DNA of 64,000 bases from Vicinamibacterales bacterium (GTDB lineage: Bacteria > Acidobacteriota > Vicinamibacteria > Vicinamibacterales > UBA2999), in contig DASPNQ010000227.1 of the NCBI GenBank assembly GCA_035626435.1, forward strand, positions 64,915 to 128,914, given 5' to 3'. Position numbers and translations under genes: made by a program. Positions 1-7,838 of the stretch are shown here, piece after piece; positions within the stretch are counted from its first letter, which is position 1, and each line of letters begins with the position of its first letter. The notes under the pieces were generated by a model, which was not told where the DNA came from, did not search any database, and saw nothing but the letters and a program-made list of their open reading frames with translations.

Positions 1-928
1 TGAACGACCCTTCCTTCACCATCCTGCCGAGATCGGCATTCGTGGCGGCGACGATGCGGACGTCAACCTTGATGGTGCGTGATTCACCGATGCGCTCGAA
101 CTCGCGTTCCTGAAGGACGCGCAGCATCTTCATCTGCAGCGCCATCGGCATGGTCCCGACTTCGTCGAGGAACAGCGTGCCGCCGTCAGCCTGCTCGAGC
201 CGGCCCTGTCGCATCGCGACGGCGCCGGTGAAGGCGCCGCGAGCGTGGCCGAAGAGTTCGGCATCGAGCAGCGTCTCCGGGATGGCGCTGACGTTGAGCG
301 CGACGAAGCGGCCGCGATGCCGTGGGCTGGTCTGATGGATCGCGCGCGCCACCATTTCCTTGCCGGTGCCGGTCTCGCCGGTGATCAGGATCGTTGCCGC
401 GGTCGGCGCGACCGTCTCAATCAACTGAAAGAGCGCGCGCATCGGCGCGCTCTTGCCGACCATCGAACCCAGGCCGAACCGTTCATCGAGCTGCTGGTGC
501 AGATAGGCGTTCTCGCTCGACAACCGCCGCTGCTCGAGCGCCTTGGTGAGCACGTGCATCAGTTCATCGAACTGAAACGGTTTCGCGATGAAATCCGCCG
601 CGCCGAGCTTGATCATCTCGACGGCATCCTTGACGGTGCCGTAGCCGGTGACGACGATGGCGATGATCGACGGGTAGCGATCGATTGCGGCTTTGATGAC
701 GTCGCGGCCTTCTTTCGCGGATGCCTCGGATGCAAGACCATCGACGCCCGGCAGGCGCAGATCCGAGACGATGACGTCGAAGGCGAAACTATCGAGCGCC
801 TTGAGCGCCGATGCGGCGTCCGAAGCCTGCGTCACCTCGAATCCCTCGTCGGCGAGCCGCTCCGCGACAACGCTTCGCAGCGACTCCTCATCGTCTACGA
901 GCAGGAGATGTCGTGTGTTTTCAGCCAT
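1..928 (-). CDS. sigma-54-dependent response regulator (NtrC/Fis family), 3' end cut by window start
   Basis: Runs off the window edge, so it is absent from the ORF track. Reverse-strand translation from ATG (926-928) reads [18 protein letters not shown] (receiver domain). It then shows Walker [13 protein letters not shown] and the sigma-54 contact loop GAFTGA. The listed + ORF 245..1108 is its antisense shadow. Confidence 0.9.
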   Translation of the reverse strand, partial: MAENTRHLLLVDDEESLRSVVAERLADEGFEVTQASDAASALKALDSFAFDVIVSDLRLPGVDGLASEASAKEGRDVIKAAIDRYPSIIAIVVTGYGTVKDAVEMIKLGAADFIAKPFQFDELMHVLTKALEQRRLSSENAYLHQQLDERFGLGSMVGKSAPMRALFQLIETVAPTAATILITGETGTGKEMVARAIHQTSPRHRGRFVALNVSAIPETLLDAELFGHARGAFTGAVAMRQGRLEQADGGTLFLDEVGTMPMALQMKMLRVLQEREFERIGESRTIKVDVRIVAATNADLGRMVKEGSF

Positions 929-986
929 TTGACAGGTTCGACCTGCATCAGGAGCAACAGTGCGACACTCGCGTGCCTGCGCGCCC

Positions 987-1000
987 GTCAAATCATTGAC
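987..1000. promoter_or_regulatory. palindromic candidate operator GTCAA-N4-TTGAC (copy 1)
   Basis: gtcaaatcattgac, in the divergent spacer between the sigma-54 activator and the HTH gene. Extra TTGAC half-sites at 929-933 and 1016-1020 (reverse). Confidence 0.4.
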
Positions 1001-1104
1001 GCGCTTTACGAGGCTGTCAATAGCTGCATGCCTAATCCCAGAAAGGCTTGCACCGATACACCTTCTGGAGGCGAACCCCAGTGGAACGGCAAACAGTCAG
1101 CATC

Positions 1105-1275
1105 ATGAAGGCGTGCGAGATGGTCGGCGTGAGCCGGCGCACGATCTATAACTGGATTGCGGCTAACAAGGTCGAGTACTTGCGCACCGCCGGCGGCAGC
1201 ATTCGGATCTTCGTCGATACGCTGTGGCGGGAGCCCGACGGCACCAAGCACCCGACGAATCACACGAACGCTTAG
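1105..1275 (+). CDS. small excisionase-type helix-turn-helix DNA-binding protein (HTH_17-like)
   Basis: Internal ATG of ORF 1048..1275. MKACEMVGVSRRTIYNWIAANKVEYLRTAGGSIRIF fits the MerR-superfamily excisionase-type HTH pattern. No integrase lies nearby. Start uncertain (1105 or 1120). Confidence 0.6.
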   Translation: MKACEMVGVSRRTIYNWIAANKVEYLRTAGGSIRIFVDTLWREPDGTKHPTNHTNA

Positions 1276-1278
1276 GGT

Positions 1279-1334
1279 CTGACAGGCCTGACAGGCCTGA
1301 CAGGCCTGACAGGCAGACAGGCAGACAGGCAGTC
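1279..1334. repeat. tandem repeat: CTGACAGGC x4, then AGACAGGC x2 (GACAGGC family)
   Basis: Read directly. Begins 4 nt after the HTH gene stop and ends 18 nt before the mini-ORF start. Confidence 0.95.
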
Positions 1335-1352
1335 AAGAGTTATGAGTTCTGA

Positions 1353-1547
1353 GTGGTGAATACAAACTCGAAAGAGCTGCTGCACAAGCTCAATAATCAA
1401 CTCGGCGTGATCCTCGCGCACGCCGAGTTGCTTGAGACGAAGGCGCAAGACGCGTCGCAAAAGGCGCGCGCGTCGCAGGTCGTCAATGCCGCGCTGCAGG
1501 CGATGGCGGTGTCGCGGGAGCTGCGACAGACAGTCGGCGAAAAGTAG
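1353..1547 (+). CDS. 64-aa stand-alone DHp/HisKA-like helical hairpin protein (hypothetical)
   Basis: Third codon positions are mostly G/C, consistent with coding. LLHKLNNQLGVILAHAELLE resembles the histidine-kinase H-box (H-[DE]-[FL]-N-N-x-L-x-x-I-x-G-x-x-E-L). No ATPase domain follows. GTG start, weak RBS. Confidence 0.5.
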   Translation: MVNTNSKELLHKLNNQLGVILAHAELLETKAQDASQKARASQVVNAALQAMAVSRELRQTVGEK

Positions 1548-1639
1548 CCGCCTCCTCCGCCCGCGCCGCACCTCATCCGCTTTTCGGTTTTTCCGCTCAC
1601 TTACCCATCCGTAATCGCACTTACGAAATAAAAACCGCA

Positions 1640-1685
1640 GTCAAATTGTTGACGTAGCAGTCATTATTAACGTCAATCGTTTGAC
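1640..1685. promoter_or_regulatory. two further GTCAA-N4-TTGAC palindromes 32 nt apart, nested in a larger palindrome TTGACGT-N14-ACGTCAA
   Basis: gtcaaattgttgac (1640-1653) and gtcaatcgtttgac (1672-1685), in the unusually AT-rich region upstream of the sigma factor gene. Confidence 0.4.
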
Positions 1686-1818
1686 AACAAATGATTTGAA
1701 ATTTGACGGCTGTTGCCGGGTGACGCCGTGCGAAGAAGCGTGTAAGTTCTTGAAAAAACAGTTGGTTACACGGATGAGCCGACCGAAGTGCACGCCGTTG
1801 ACCAGCGTTATACAGCTC

Positions 1819-1833
1819 TGGCATCGTCGTTGC
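1819..1833 (+). promoter_or_regulatory. sigma-54-type -24/-12 promoter-like element TGGCAT-N5-TTGC
   Basis: ctggcatcgtcgttgcc has GG-N10-GC spacing. It ends only 15 nt before ATG 1849 and overlaps the putative RBS, so function is doubtful. Confidence 0.25.
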
Positions 1834-1848
1834 CTTAGGGCAGGCAAC

Positions 1849-2970
1849 ATGAAAAATGCGGCCATTGCTCAAGCTACGGCGAGCCAGACTCAGCGAGTCG
1901 AGGCTGGACTCCCCTTCGTCGAAGCGCTTGCCCGTCGCATGGCGTCCACCATGCCGCATTCGATCGACATCAGCGACCTGGTGCAGGACGGTGTCATCGG
2001 GCTGATCGATGCGGCGCACCGCTTCGACGATTCGCGAGGAATCAAGTTCGAGACGTTTGCGGAGCGCCGTATCCGCGGCGCGATGATCGATGCGCTGCGC
2101 AAGGACGCGTGGCCGCGTGGCGTGCGGCGTGTCCGGCGCGAGCTCGAAGCGGCGCGCGAAAAACTCCGCGCGCAGCTCGGACACGAGCCGTCGCTTGCGG
2201 ATCTCGCGCACGCTGTCGGTTCCGACGAGAAGCGTCTCGGCAAGACCATCGTCCGCATCAACACGATCGAATCGACGTCGCCGTTTTCGAGCGTCGAGAA
2301 CGTCGATGAATCGCAACTGCCCGCCGTGATGCTACCCGCGGAACCGGAACGCCCGGATGCGCAGTACGAACGCGACGAAGTGAAGGCGCGCGTGCGTCAC
2401 GCGATCGCGACGCTGCCGCCGCGCGAGCAGCGCGTGATCGCGCTTTATTACTACAACGAAGTGACGATGAAGGATATCGGCACCGAATTGGGGGTCAACG
2501 AATCGCGCGTATCGCAATTGCACGCCCGCGCGATTCGGCGCCTGCGCGACGCGCTCGGCGCCGAGGCGACGCCGGTCGCCCTTCGACTCCGCTCTGAGCA
2601 CGGCGCCGCAGCGGGTTTGTTCGATGCGATCGGGACCGCCGAGGCGAAACCGAAAATGGCCAAGGCGACCCTGCCGCAGTCGGATACGCGCGTCTCCGAA
2701 GCGGCGCAGAAGCGTGCGAACCTGGTGTTGGTCAGAAGCACCGGGCCATCGGCTCCGCGCAAGGTCGATCGCGCGGGGGCCGCAGCGAGCGGCGATCAGG
2801 ACAGGGTGTCCCTCGCCGCCCTCAACAAGTCGCCCAATCTGAAAGGCTTGGAGAGCCATCGGCAGCCGGTCTCGTCGAGAAAACGTTCGGCGTCGGTGCC
2901 GGCAACATCGCCTGTTACGAAAATGACGCGCCGCGCGAGTGGCGGCGTGGCGGCGGCCATCGCGCGATAG
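1849..2970 (+). CDS. FliA/WhiG-family (sigma-28 type) RNA polymerase sigma factor with a long C-terminal extension
   Basis: ATG 1849 has AGGG about 9 nt upstream. Regions 2-4 of a group-3 sigma-70 factor are present (DLVQDGVIGLIDAAHRFD; REQRVIALYYYNEVTMKDIGTELGVNESRVSQLHARAIRRLR). The frame has no stop for a further ~134 aa until 2970. The track start at 1681 is an upstream extension. Confidence 0.8.
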   Translation: MKNAAIAQATASQTQRVEAGLPFVEALARRMASTMPHSIDISDLVQDGVIGLIDAAHRFDDSRGIKFETFAERRIRGAMIDALRKDAWPRGVRRVRRELEAAREKLRAQLGHEPSLADLAHAVGSDEKRLGKTIVRINTIESTSPFSSVENVDESQLPAVMLPAEPERPDAQYERDEVKARVRHAIATLPPREQRVIALYYYNEVTMKDIGTELGVNESRVSQLHARAIRRLRDALGAEATPVALRLRSEHGAAAGLFDAIGTAEAKPKMAKATLPQSDTRVSEAAQKRANLVLVRSTGPSAPRKVDRAGAAASGDQDRVSLAALNKSPNLKGLESHRQPVSSRKRSASVPATSPVTKMTRRASGGVAAAIAR

Positions 2971-4385
2971 AACTGCATGCCGTCGATACGCGGCATCTTC
3001 AGATCGCAGACGATCAAGTCGTAGCGCGCTTCGGTGAGGCGGGTCAGCCCCTCCTCACCGTCGCCGGCCCGATCGACGGTAAACCCCGCATCGACCAGCG
3101 CCTCGGATACCGCCACGGCAAGCGCGGGTTCATCCTCTACCACCAGCACGCGAAGTCCTTTGAAGGCGTCGAGGGAGATCGGTTGCTGCGCCGCCCGCGC
3201 CGGCGGCGCGTTCAAGTGCTGACCGGTGACCGGCAGCTCGATGAAGAACGAGGCGCCCACTTGCGCGCCCCGGCCTTCGGCAGCGGCGCCCCTCGCGGGG
3301 TTTGACTGCACCCAGATGCGGCCGCCATGCTCCTGGACGATCGCATAGGCAACCGTCAACCCGAGCCCCGTACCTTGGCCGACCTCCTTGGTCGTAAAGA
3401 ACGGATCGAAAATTTTCCCCTGGCGCTCTTCCGGAATGCCCGGCCCGTCGTCATTCACTTCGAGGACGGCCGAGCCGCGATCCGCGTCGTGCGACGTGCG
3501 CACGACGATGGTGCCGCGGCCGTTGGCGCCGATACACGCCTGCTCGGCATTGATCAGGAGATTGAGCAGCACCTGCTTGATCTGATGCCCGTCCGCAAAC
3601 ACTTCGGGAAGTCCGGTGGCAAGCGCCTCGACGACCTCGATGTTTGACGCCTTCTGTTCGTAGGCGCGCAGCGCCAGCGTCTCTCGCACCACCTGATTCA
3701 GATCGACCATCGCGCGCGTCGTCTGGCGCTTTCGCGCGAACGTCAGCAGATTGCGGACGATGCGCGCGGCGCGTTCGGATTCGGCGAGGATGACCTCGAG
3801 GCCTTGCCGCGTCTTGTCGTCGACGCTTCGTTCTGCGAGGCGCTCGGCCCACGACAGGATGGTCGCGAGCGGATTATTGAGCTCGTGCGCGACACCGGAG
3901 ATCGTCTGGCCGAGGGCGGCCATCTTCTCGGCTTGCAGCATCTGATAGCGGCCATCGCGGGTCTGATCCTCGCGCTTCTTGCGGTCGCTGACGTCGCGAA
4001 TCAACGCCTCGATGTGCAACACCGCGAGCTGCTGTTGCGGCGCGTGCGCGGCGTTGGGCTGGTAGGGCCGATGCGAGGCGACGGCGGATACCTCGATCCA
4101 GATGGGTGTACCGTCGACGCGACGAACCCGCAGCAGGTGTTCGGTGACGCCGCCGTCGCGATCGAGCAGCTCGACGAAGCTTTGACGCGCCTGCGGATCG
4201 ACGAAGCGCGACGGGTCAAATGGTTGAACGATCGAGTCGGCGGCGTCCGGCGCGTAGCCGAACATCTGCTTGAGGTAGGGATTGGCGGCGAGGGTCGACG
4301 TGGAGTTGGCGCCGAGGGTGCCCAGGTAGACACCCTCGTGCACGGACTGAAAGAGCCGCGCGAGTCCTACCGCACGTTCATCCAC
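2796..4385 (-). CDS. hybrid sensor histidine kinase (PAS-HisKA-HATPase-receiver)
   Basis: 529-aa ORF with a PAS-like N-terminus and H-box GVAHELNNPLATILSWAERL. N and G boxes are present (LLNLLINAEQA, DDGPGIP, GTGLGL). C-terminal receiver (VLVVEDEPA...DLIVCDLKMPRIDG). Confidence 0.9.
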   Translation of the reverse strand: MDERAVGLARLFQSVHEGVYLGTLGANSTSTLAANPYLKQMFGYAPDAADSIVQPFDPSRFVDPQARQSFVELLDRDGGVTEHLLRVRRVDGTPIWIEVSAVASHRPYQPNAAHAPQQQLAVLHIEALIRDVSDRKKREDQTRDGRYQMLQAEKMAALGQTISGVAHELNNPLATILSWAERLAERSVDDKTRQGLEVILAESERAARIVRNLLTFARKRQTTRAMVDLNQVVRETLALRAYEQKASNIEVVEALATGLPEVFADGHQIKQVLLNLLINAEQACIGANGRGTIVVRTSHDADRGSAVLEVNDDGPGIPEERQGKIFDPFFTTKEVGQGTGLGLTVAYAIVQEHGGRIWVQSNPARGAAAEGRGAQVGASFFIELPVTGQHLNAPPARAAQQPISLDAFKGLRVLVVEDEPALAVAVSEALVDAGFTVDRAGDGEEGLTRLTEARYDLIVCDLKMPRIDGMQFYRAMAAATPPLARRVIFVTGDVAGTDAERFLDETGCRWLSKPFRLGDLLRAARDTLS

Positions 4386-4437
4386 ATCGATTCATGCGGA
4401 CGGTCGGATGGCCTTTGACGCTCGTTCAGACACGACG

Positions 4438-4998
4438 TCAGTGGCCGGTCCGTTTCGCTGGCGGCGGGGGCGTTGGCGTGCGGCCACCGGCGTTGCCGGG
4501 CGCCCATCTTTTTTCGATCGCGGCGCGGATCGAGTGCACGTCGGCGCCGGAGTTGTACAACTGCATCGATTCACGCGCGACGTCGATGCAAATCGTGCAG
4601 CCGAATCCGTGCGTATCCCATTCGAGCACGTTGCCTCGCGGATCGCGCCGGGCGACGAAGCACGACTCGTTGGCTTTGTGACCCTGGCTGCCGCAACCGC
4701 AGTAGCAGGGGATGTAATTGAGGATTTCAGGATGCTGTGCGGCGAAATCGTAGGTGGCGCGCACGACGTCCATGGGCCGCACGGGTGCGAAGCCAACGCT
4801 CGGCAGCGGCGGTGCGGTCAGCCGCTGACGGACGGGCCCTCCTCCCGACTTGGCCGCGGGACCCTGGGGCTTGGGTGCCGACGGCTTGTTCACCACGGCG
4901 GCGGTCTGCTGCGTGGCCTGATTCGATGCGACCCCGACCGAAGCGATCACGCAGACCGTGGCAGTTCCGAGCAAAAACGCGACATATTTCCGAACCAT
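4438..4998 (-). CDS. PCYCGC-motif protein of unknown function, secreted or membrane-anchored
   Basis: N-terminal hydrophobic signal/anchor, the literal motif NYIPCYCGCGSQGH and a second Cys cluster GFGCTICID. Confidence 0.7.
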   Translation of the reverse strand: MVRKYVAFLLGTATVCVIASVGVASNQATQQTAAVVNKPSAPKPQGPAAKSGGGPVRQRLTAPPLPSVGFAPVRPMDVVRATYDFAAQHPEILNYIPCYCGCGSQGHKANESCFVARRDPRGNVLEWDTHGFGCTICIDVARESMQLYNSGADVHSIRAAIEKRWAPGNAGGRTPTPPPPAKRTGH

Positions 4999-5027
4999 GC
5001 CAAATATGCTAACAGGTTTTCCCTAGC

Positions 5028-5042
5028 TACCGGGCACCGGTA
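5028..5042. promoter_or_regulatory. palindrome TACCGG-N3-CCGGTA in a divergent promoter region
   Basis: taccgggcaccggta, between the PCYCGC gene and the diguanylate cyclase gene. Confidence 0.3.
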
Positions 5043-5066
5043 CAGGGATACTGCCGCCATCCACCA

Positions 5067-6293
5067 ATGAAGATTTTCGGCCGCCAGGATCTGCTGCTGC
5101 TGGCTGCGTTGACGACGGCACTGATCATCGTGTTTTCATCAACGATTTCGCGGCTGCTCGATTACGTGCGCGAGATCGAGCGTCAAAGCGGCCTGACGTT
5201 GATGCCGGCGCTGGTCGTGCTCACGGGCGCGTTTCTCTTCCACCTCTACCGCCGCAATCATCAGCAACAAGCGAAGGCTCACGCCGCCGAGCTGGCGAGC
5301 AAAAACGCGCAGCATCGAGCCGAAGAACTGGAGCGCTTGGTCGCCTTCGGCCAGGCGCTTGGCCGTTCACTGGAGTTCGACAGTATTCGCGTGGCGGCGA
5401 CACAGCACCTGCCCGCGCTGGCGGGCACGGACTCGGTCTGGGTGCTCGTGCAGCACGGTTCGGAGTGGCAGGCGCTGGCGGGCGACACGCGTGGGGCCGA
5501 GGACGTACTGCAGTGGGGCGACCTCGCGCAGCAGCTGCTGGCGAGCGGCCCCGACAAGACGCCGAACGCGCTCACCGAACCGCGCACGCTTGGATTTCCG
5601 TTGATCGTCGGCGGGCAGGCGATGGGCGTGCTCGGCGTCCGCAGCGTCGGCGCGCTGCCTCCTGATCGCCGCAGCATCATCGAGGCGGCGGCCGCGTTGC
5701 TCGCCGTCTCGATCAAGAACGCGCAGTTGTTCAAGGAGGTGAAGGACAACAGCGTCAAGGACGCGTTGACCGGTTGCTTCACCCGTGCACACGCCCTGGA
5801 CGTGGTCGATGCGGAGCTGCGTCGCGCACGGCGCAGCCAGTCGCCGGTCTCGCTGATCATGTTCGACCTCGATCATTTCAAGGACGTCAACGATCGCTAT
5901 GGGCACTTGTGCGGCGACGCGGTGTTGAGCGCAATCGGCAAGCGCATGAAGGAAGTGTTGCGCGGATCCGACTTGAAGTGCCGTTATGGCGGCGAGGAAT
6001 TTATGGTACTGCTGCCGGAAACGCCGTTGCACGGCGCGCGCCGCGTGGCCGAGACGCTACGCCGCGAGATTGCGGAACGGCCGGTACCGTGGGCCGGCGA
6101 GGCGCTGACCGTCACGGCCAGCTTCGGGCTGGCGCAGACCATGCCCGGCGAGGTCAATGTCCAGGCAGTGATTGCGCGCGCCGATCAGGCGTTGTATCGC
6201 GCGAAGGGTGACGGGCGTAACTGCGTTCGCATCGCTGCGGAAAACCCGACGCTCATCACCGACGAGACGGCGCGACAGAATAGAATCTCGTGA
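5067..6293 (+). CDS. membrane-anchored GAF-like sensor diguanylate cyclase (GGDEF)
   Basis: N-terminal TM helices and a GAF-like middle region. The GGDEF domain has active site RYGGEEF and an RxxD I-site (RGSD) five residues upstream. Confidence 0.9.
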   Translation: MKIFGRQDLLLLAALTTALIIVFSSTISRLLDYVREIERQSGLTLMPALVVLTGAFLFHLYRRNHQQQAKAHAAELASKNAQHRAEELERLVAFGQALGRSLEFDSIRVAATQHLPALAGTDSVWVLVQHGSEWQALAGDTRGAEDVLQWGDLAQQLLASGPDKTPNALTEPRTLGFPLIVGGQAMGVLGVRSVGALPPDRRSIIEAAAALLAVSIKNAQLFKEVKDNSVKDALTGCFTRAHALDVVDAELRRARRSQSPVSLIMFDLDHFKDVNDRYGHLCGDAVLSAIGKRMKEVLRGSDLKCRYGGEEFMVLLPETPLHGARRVAETLRREIAERPVPWAGEALTVTASFGLAQTMPGEVNVQAVIARADQALYRAKGDGRNCVRIAAENPTLITDETARQNRIS

Positions 6294-6345
6294 TCTTGTG
6301 ATCTCGTGATCTTGCGATCTCAGATCTGGTCAACGGATCTCGAGG
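6285..6345. repeat. tandem repeat of GTGATCT-type units (GATC-rich family), 6 GATC sites
   Basis: atctcgtgatcttgtgatctcgtgatcttgcgatctcagatctgg...ggatctcg. Starts in the last codons of the diguanylate cyclase gene and fills the convergent gap. Confidence 0.95.
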
Positions 6346-6370
6346 TCGACAATCTGCGGATAGCGCCTGG

Positions 6371-7264
6371 TTACCTCTTGCCGACAATCCACGTTCCGGC
6401 GAACACCAATACCGCAGCGATGATGATTCGAGCGGAGATGGGTTCGCTGAGCAGCAGCGTACCCAGCGCGACGGCGATCATCGGATTGATATAGGCGTAC
6501 AGCGAGACGAGCTGCAGCGGCAGGTGCTGAATGGCGTAAATGTAAGCGGAATATGCGACCAGCGAGCCGGCGATGCTCAGATACAGCATTGCGGCGATGG
6601 TGCCCGGCGTGAAAGACAGCTGCGCCCAATCGCCATGCACGGTGGCGGCGCCGAGCAGCATGGTGCCGCTGAAGACCATCTGCAGCGCCGTCGATCGAAA
6701 CGGGTTGTCGCCAAGCTCATGCCGCTTCGCGAACGAGGTGCCAATGACCCAGCCGATGCATGCAAGTTGAATCGCGATCACCCCGGCGATGAAGTTTCGG
6801 CCGCCGGCGCCGCCATTCGTCATCTCGGGCCACACCAGCACAACGATGCCGCTGAATCCCAGGGCCAGACCGGCAAGCGAGCGCTTGGAGAAGCGTTCGC
6901 CGTTCGGCAGCAACCGCTCGACGAGCGCCGACCAGAACGGAGTGGTCGCGATTAGGACGGCGGTGAGACCGCTCGCGACGAATTGCTGTGCGTACACGAC
7001 AAAGCCGTTGCCCACCACGTTCATCAGGAAGCCGAGCAACGCCAGAGGCGCCCACATTCGCGGCGCCGGCAGGCCGCGGCCGGTGCCAAGCATCAGCGCG
7101 GACAGCACCACGCCGGCAAACATCCACCGCAGCCCGGCGACAAGCAACACCGGGACCGTTTCCAGTGCCACGGTAATCGCGAGATACGTCGTGCCCCAGA
7201 CAATGCACACGATGACGAACGCGGCGTAGGGGAGGCCGCCACGCCGGCCGGCGACCGCGCTCAC
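6371..7264 (-). CDS. DMT-superfamily (EamA-type) transporter
   Basis: 297 aa with about ten hydrophobic helices in a duplicated EamA-like arrangement. The GTG start overlaps the upstream stop (GTGA). Confidence 0.8.
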   Translation of the reverse strand: MSAVAGRRGGLPYAAFVIVCIVWGTTYLAITVALETVPVLLVAGLRWMFAGVVLSALMLGTGRGLPAPRMWAPLALLGFLMNVVGNGFVVYAQQFVASGLTAVLIATTPFWSALVERLLPNGERFSKRSLAGLALGFSGIVVLVWPEMTNGGAGGRNFIAGVIAIQLACIGWVIGTSFAKRHELGDNPFRSTALQMVFSGTMLLGAATVHGDWAQLSFTPGTIAAMLYLSIAGSLVAYSAYIYAIQHLPLQLVSLYAYINPMIAVALGTLLLSEPISARIIIAAVLVFAGTWIVGKR

Positions 7265-7767
7265 TTGCCGCTCCGGGCCGTTTCTTGCAATGTCAACTCT
7301 GAGGGAATGGCGATGCGCGGATCCTCTTTGACCGTTTCAAGAACGATGGTCGTGCGCGTCGAGGTCACACTTGCGACACTCGAAATCTGTTGCCGGAGAA
7401 GCTGACCCAGATGTTCGGCATCACGCGTGCGTACTTTGAGCAGGTAGCAGTCGTCGCCGGCGACGTGGTGGACCTCGAGGACTTCCGGAATTTTGGCGAG
7501 TTCGTAAGCCGACGGCATCTCCGTCCCGTGTTCGGTGGTCCGAACCGCGACGAACGCCAGCATGCCCCGGTCGACGACATGAGGGTCGATCAGCGCGACG
7601 TAATCCTTGATAATGCCCTTCGATTCCAGCTTGCGCAGCCGTTCGAGTACAGCCGACGGAGCCAAGCCGACAGCTTTGGCAAGCTCAGCCTGCGTGGTTC
7701 TGGCGTTGTACTGAAGAATATCCAGAATTGAGGCGTCAATTTGGTCAATCATTCGCTCAGTAACCAT
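7261..7767 (-). CDS. Lrp/AsnC-family transcriptional regulator
   Basis: HTH ILDILQYNARTTQAELAKAVGLAPSAVLERLRKLESKGII followed by an AsnC-type ligand domain. The track start 7896 is probably too long. ATG 7767 (or 7752) leaves a 71-nt AT-rich divergent promoter. Confidence 0.8.
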   Translation of the reverse strand: MVTERMIDQIDASILDILQYNARTTQAELAKAVGLAPSAVLERLRKLESKGIIKDYVALIDPHVVDRGMLAFVAVRTTEHGTEMPSAYELAKIPEVLEVHHVAGDDCYLLKVRTRDAEHLGQLLRQQISSVASVTSTRTTIVLETVKEDPRIAIPSELTLQETARSGK

Positions 7768-7772
7768 AAGCT

Positions 7773-7787
7773 CAGAATTATATTCTG
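7773..7787. promoter_or_regulatory. AT-rich palindrome CAGAAT-TAT-ATTCTG, candidate Lrp-type operator
   Basis: cagaattatattctg, in the 71-nt divergent spacer between the Lrp/AsnC gene and the MFS gene. Confidence 0.35.
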
Positions 7788-7838
7788 TCCTGGCACGATT
7801 GGTGTCAGGCACCAACATCGAGCGGTGGCGGAGAGCCG

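Noticed and set aside
245-1108. 287-aa + strand ORF in the track
   Set aside because: It is antisense to a clearly recognisable sigma-54 activator (GAFTGA, Walker A, receiver). The translation is low-complexity and Arg/Asp-rich with no motifs, a typical high-GC shadow ORF.
1105-1275. Excisionase-type HTH as a marker of a prophage or integrative element boundary
   Set aside because: There is no integrase, tRNA, att-like direct repeats or phage genes nearby. The neighbours are signalling genes, so it is more likely a stand-alone regulator.
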